DNA of 64,000 nt from a bacterium (GTDB lineage Bacteria; UBA8248). Below the pieces are notes generated by a model. The model worked only from the letters and a program-made list of their open reading frames with translations, did not search any database and was not told where the DNA came from. The stretch is taken from NCBI GenBank assembly GCA_965261085.1, contig OZ253442.1, positions 3,808,001 through 3,872,000 on the forward strand, read 5' to 3'. Positions 61,350 through 64,000 of the stretch are shown here, piece by piece. Every line of letters starts with the position of its first letter. The first letter of the stretch is position 1. A program made the translations under genes and the position numbers.

Positions 61350-63488
61350 AGCCTTAGTTATCTATACGATTTTCCCGAACTCGAGCGGCTCCAGAATTAT
61401 AAGCCCAACACCATCACGCGCATTTACGCCCGCGGGGGAGAACTTCTCGCGGAACTGTACCAGGAAAGAAGAAAGCCCATACCTTTGAAACAAATCCCCA
61501 CCACGCTGCGCCAGGCGTTCCTGGCCATAGAAGACAGCCGCTTTTATGACCATCCGGGCGTCAGCTACCCGGATATTTTTCGGGCGTTCATCAAGAACCT
61601 GAGCGCGGGCCACTTTGTGCAGGGGGGCAGCACCATTACCCAGCAATTGGCAAAAGTTCTCTTTTTGACGCCCGAGAGAAAACTCAAGCGAAAAATACGG
61701 GAAGCGTTTCTCGCCCTCGAGATTGAGCGACGCTTCACGAAAGATGAAATACTCGAATTTTATATGAATCAAATCTATCTCGGCGGCGGGGCGTACGGGG
61801 TACAGGCGGCGGCCCAAATCTATTTTGGAAAAACGGTCGCTCAACTCACTCTGGCCGAATCCGCCATGATTGCAGGACTGCCCAAAGCTCCTACGCGATT
61901 CAGCCCCAAAACCAACCCCGAGAAAGCACTGAAACGACGTAATCTGGTAATCCAGAGGATGCTGGCTTCGGGGTTCATTACCGAGGAACAAAGAAAAATA
62001 GCTCGCGAAGAACCGATCCAACTGGTTCCCAGGGTGACCAATATCGCGCCCGAAGCCGCCTATTTCATCGAGAAAACCCGCCTCAGCCTCAGTCGCCGGT
62101 TTGGGCAATCCCTGTATAAAAGTGGCCTGCAAATTCATACGACCGTTGACATCGGTTTGCAGAAAACCGCTCACAAAGCGCTCATCAACGGAATCAAGAA
62201 AATTAACCAAAGACGCGGGTTCATGAGTCCCGGAACAAAAATCAAGAGGCCGCCGCGCCTGGGGGATGGATTCCAATTTCACATTCTGGACATCACCGCG
62301 AAGATGGTGAGCGGAATTATCGGGGACTATGAAGTGGAAATGCCTCTTCCCGGACACATCGACCCCAAAAGGCTCAGAGAAGGCGATCTTCTTTTGGGGC
62401 GCGTGATCAAAGTGGATCGCGCTTCTAAAAAACTTTTTCTGGAATGGCAAGAGACCGTGCAAGGCGCCGTCATCGCGTTCGACTCCCAAACCGGAGCGCT
62501 CCGCGCCCTGACGGGTGGAACCAACTTCCGCCGCTTCCCGTTCAACCGCGCCACCCAGGCGCGGCGCCAGCCGGGTTCGGCTTTTAAGCCCATCATCATG
62601 GGGACAGCCCTGTCCCAGGGTTACACGCCCGCGCACATTCTCATGGATACCCCCTTCGTCCGCCGTATGCCGGGCACGCTCAAGGATTGGAAACCCAGAA
62701 ACTACACCAACAAATTCTATGGCCCCGTCACCATGAGACGAGCCCTGGAATCCTCACTCAACCTGGCCACCATCAAGCTGCTGGACCAGATGGGCCCGCA
62801 AAAAGCGATCACGTTCGCGCATCGGCTCGGCATCCGCTCAAAAATGAACCCGTATCTCTCCCTGGCGCTCGGCTCCATCGAGGTGACGCCGTACCAGTTC
62901 ACGGCTTCATACATTCCATTCGCCACGCGGGGCGTATATGCGCGGCCCTATGAAATCACAAGAGTCACCGACGGAAGAAACCGGGTGCTGGAGGAAAACG
63001 TTCCCACGACGCATCTCGCCATCGCGCCCGAGACGGCCTACCAAATGAAAATGTTGTTGCGCGGCGTCATCACGAATGGAACCGGAAAAAAGGCCAAAAA
63101 GATCGGCGCCTTCCTGGCCGGAAAGACAGGCACCACGAATGAATACCGGGACGCCTGGTTCATCGGTTTCTCGGAGGACCTCGTCTTGGGAGTCTGGGTG
63201 GGCCGTGACGATAACAAACACATGGGCTACCGGGCTTCGGGCGGAAGCGCGGCCTTGCCCATATGGGTCGAAGTGATGAAAGGCTGGTTCGAAGGCAGGG
63301 AGTCAACAGTGCGAATTCCCGAACCGCCACCCGGCATTACCCTCGTGAAGGTGGATTCGCGATCCGGCCATTTGCCGTCCACCTGGTGTGCGGGTGAACC
63401 GATACTGGAAGCCTTTGTGGAGGGAACGGAACCCTCCGAGCAGTGCGCTCAGAAATCCCGCCTGCCGGCGATATTGAGCGGTGGTTGA
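61266..63488 (+). CDS. mrcA: Penicillin-binding protein 1A (class A, transglycosylase-transpeptidase)
   Basis: EDSRF, GGSTITQQLAK, RKIRE, YMNQIYLG; SAFK, SLN, KTGT. Confidence 0.93.
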   Translation: MLPRSGRGRIILLTLGALAIACGLGIGASLSYLYDFPELERLQNYKPNTITRIYARGGELLAELYQERRKPIPLKQIPTTLRQAFLAIEDSRFYDHPGVSYPDIFRAFIKNLSAGHFVQGGSTITQQLAKVLFLTPERKLKRKIREAFLALEIERRFTKDEILEFYMNQIYLGGGAYGVQAAAQIYFGKTVAQLTLAESAMIAGLPKAPTRFSPKTNPEKALKRRNLVIQRMLASGFITEEQRKIAREEPIQLVPRVTNIAPEAAYFIEKTRLSLSRRFGQSLYKSGLQIHTTVDIGLQKTAHKALINGIKKINQRRGFMSPGTKIKRPPRLGDGFQFHILDITAKMVSGIIGDYEVEMPLPGHIDPKRLREGDLLLGRVIKVDRASKKLFLEWQETVQGAVIAFDSQTGALRALTGGTNFRRFPFNRATQARRQPGSAFKPIIMGTALSQGYTPAHILMDTPFVRRMPGTLKDWKPRNYTNKFYGPVTMRRALESSLNLATIKLLDQMGPQKAITFAHRLGIRSKMNPYLSLALGSIEVTPYQFTASYIPFATRGVYARPYEITRVTDGRNRVLEENVPTTHLAIAPETAYQMKMLLRGVITNGTGKKAKKIGAFLAGKTGTTNEYRDAWFIGFSEDLVLGVWVGRDDNKHMGYRASGGSAALPIWVEVMKGWFEGRESTVRIPEPPPGITLVKVDSRSGHLPSTWCAGEPILEAFVEGTEPSEQCAQKSRLPAILSGG

Positions 63489-63508
63489 TGACGGAGAAGC
63501 TCTCCATC

Positions 63509-63648
63509 CCGGCGCGCATTTGCCGTCATCACAGGCGTTTCAAGCCTATGGTGGATTCGTTATCCGGCGCGCATTTGCCATCATCACTGAGTTTCCGGGA
63601 AATGGGAGTATTCGCTCTCCGGCGCGCATCTCCCCGCATTTGCCGTCA
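63509..63648. repeat. Degenerate 55-bp-period tandem repeat (REP-like) downstream of PBP1A
   Basis: CCGGCGCGCATTTGCCRTCATCAC at 63509 and 63564; third, interrupted copy at 63619. Confidence 0.7.
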
Positions 63649-63806
63649 GCGCGGGCGCTGCGGAACGTGGCAGGATTCCCGCGCGAACCGGTGAAACGAG
63701 TCGAGGCGGAATTCCTGAAAATATCGATAAATTCACGGGGTTATTCGATAAATAAATGAAAGTTTATTGAGGGGCAACTAACTGATATATAACGTGTTTT
63801 GCTTGT

Positions 63807-64000
63807 TCACTCGCCGAAAATCGCCTCGATGAAAGCATCCGCATCGAAATCAAGCAGGTCTTCCACCGATTCACCCACGCCGACATACCTTATCGGTATG
63901 CCGCTCTCATAAGTGGCGCCCAGCACCACGCCGCCCTTGGCCGTACCATCAAGTTTGGTCAGCACAAGCCCCGTTACACCCAGGGCCGGGCCGAATTCAC
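63807..64000 (-). CDS. ftsY: Signal recognition particle receptor FtsY, 3' end (partial)
   Basis: Manual translation: ...[20 protein letters not shown]...[29 protein letters not shown]. Confidence 0.93.
   Translation of the reverse strand, partial: EFGPALGVTGLVLTKLDGTAKGGVVLGATYESGIPIRYVGVGESVEDLLDFDADAFIEAIFGE

Noticed and set aside
46454-62636. Long antisense ORFs (46454-47479, 51207-52409, 52695-53570, 61362-62636)
   Set aside because: They lie opposite clpC, lysS, prfB and PBP1A and show no recognisable motifs; codon-bias shadows.
63509-63648. Possible mini CRISPR array (24-bp repeats, 31-bp spacers)
   Set aside because: There are only 2.5 units, the spacers resemble each other, and there are no cas genes or typical repeat termini. 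It is better explained as a degenerate tandem repeat.

Overview
Bacterial (diderm) chromosome segment in three parts. (1) 1-~6200 is a visibly more GC-rich accessory island. It holds a large repetitive PPC/cadherin-domain surface protein gene (minus strand, runs off the left edge, absent from the ORF track) and two translationally coupled tyrosine recombinases, the second cut off right after its HDLRHS motif. (2) ~6300-22500 holds catabolic and redox genes: a duplicated-domain unknown protein, a VOC protein, a Tat-exported intradiol dioxygenase-like protein, a CCG Fe-S protein, TcuA, a probable selenocysteine-containing OsmC-like protein (in-frame TGA plus SECIS-like hairpin), two 2-hydroxyacid dehydrogenases, an aquaporin, an ABC transporter, an MFS transporter, an amidohydrolase and dapA. 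(3) ~22800-64000 is a core envelope and housekeeping block: dac, waaL, msbA, heptose/LPS genes, lptFG, lpxK-waaA-DUF374-lpxB-lpxI-gnnA-like-lpxA-fabZ-lpxD-skp-bamA-clpC-lolD-lolE-lysS, frameshifted prfB, lnt, uvrC, uvrB, HNH, PBP1A and the 3' end of ftsY. The most striking hidden structure is a 192-bp direct repeat (59781-59972 / 61158-61349, 10 mismatches by my count) that duplicates the PBP1A promoter and first 28 codons. It brackets an AT-rich, integrase-less three-gene cassette (unknown + HicB-like + HicA-like) and a long hairpin. No tRNA, rRNA or CRISPR array was recognised. All calls come from manual motif recognition, not database searches.
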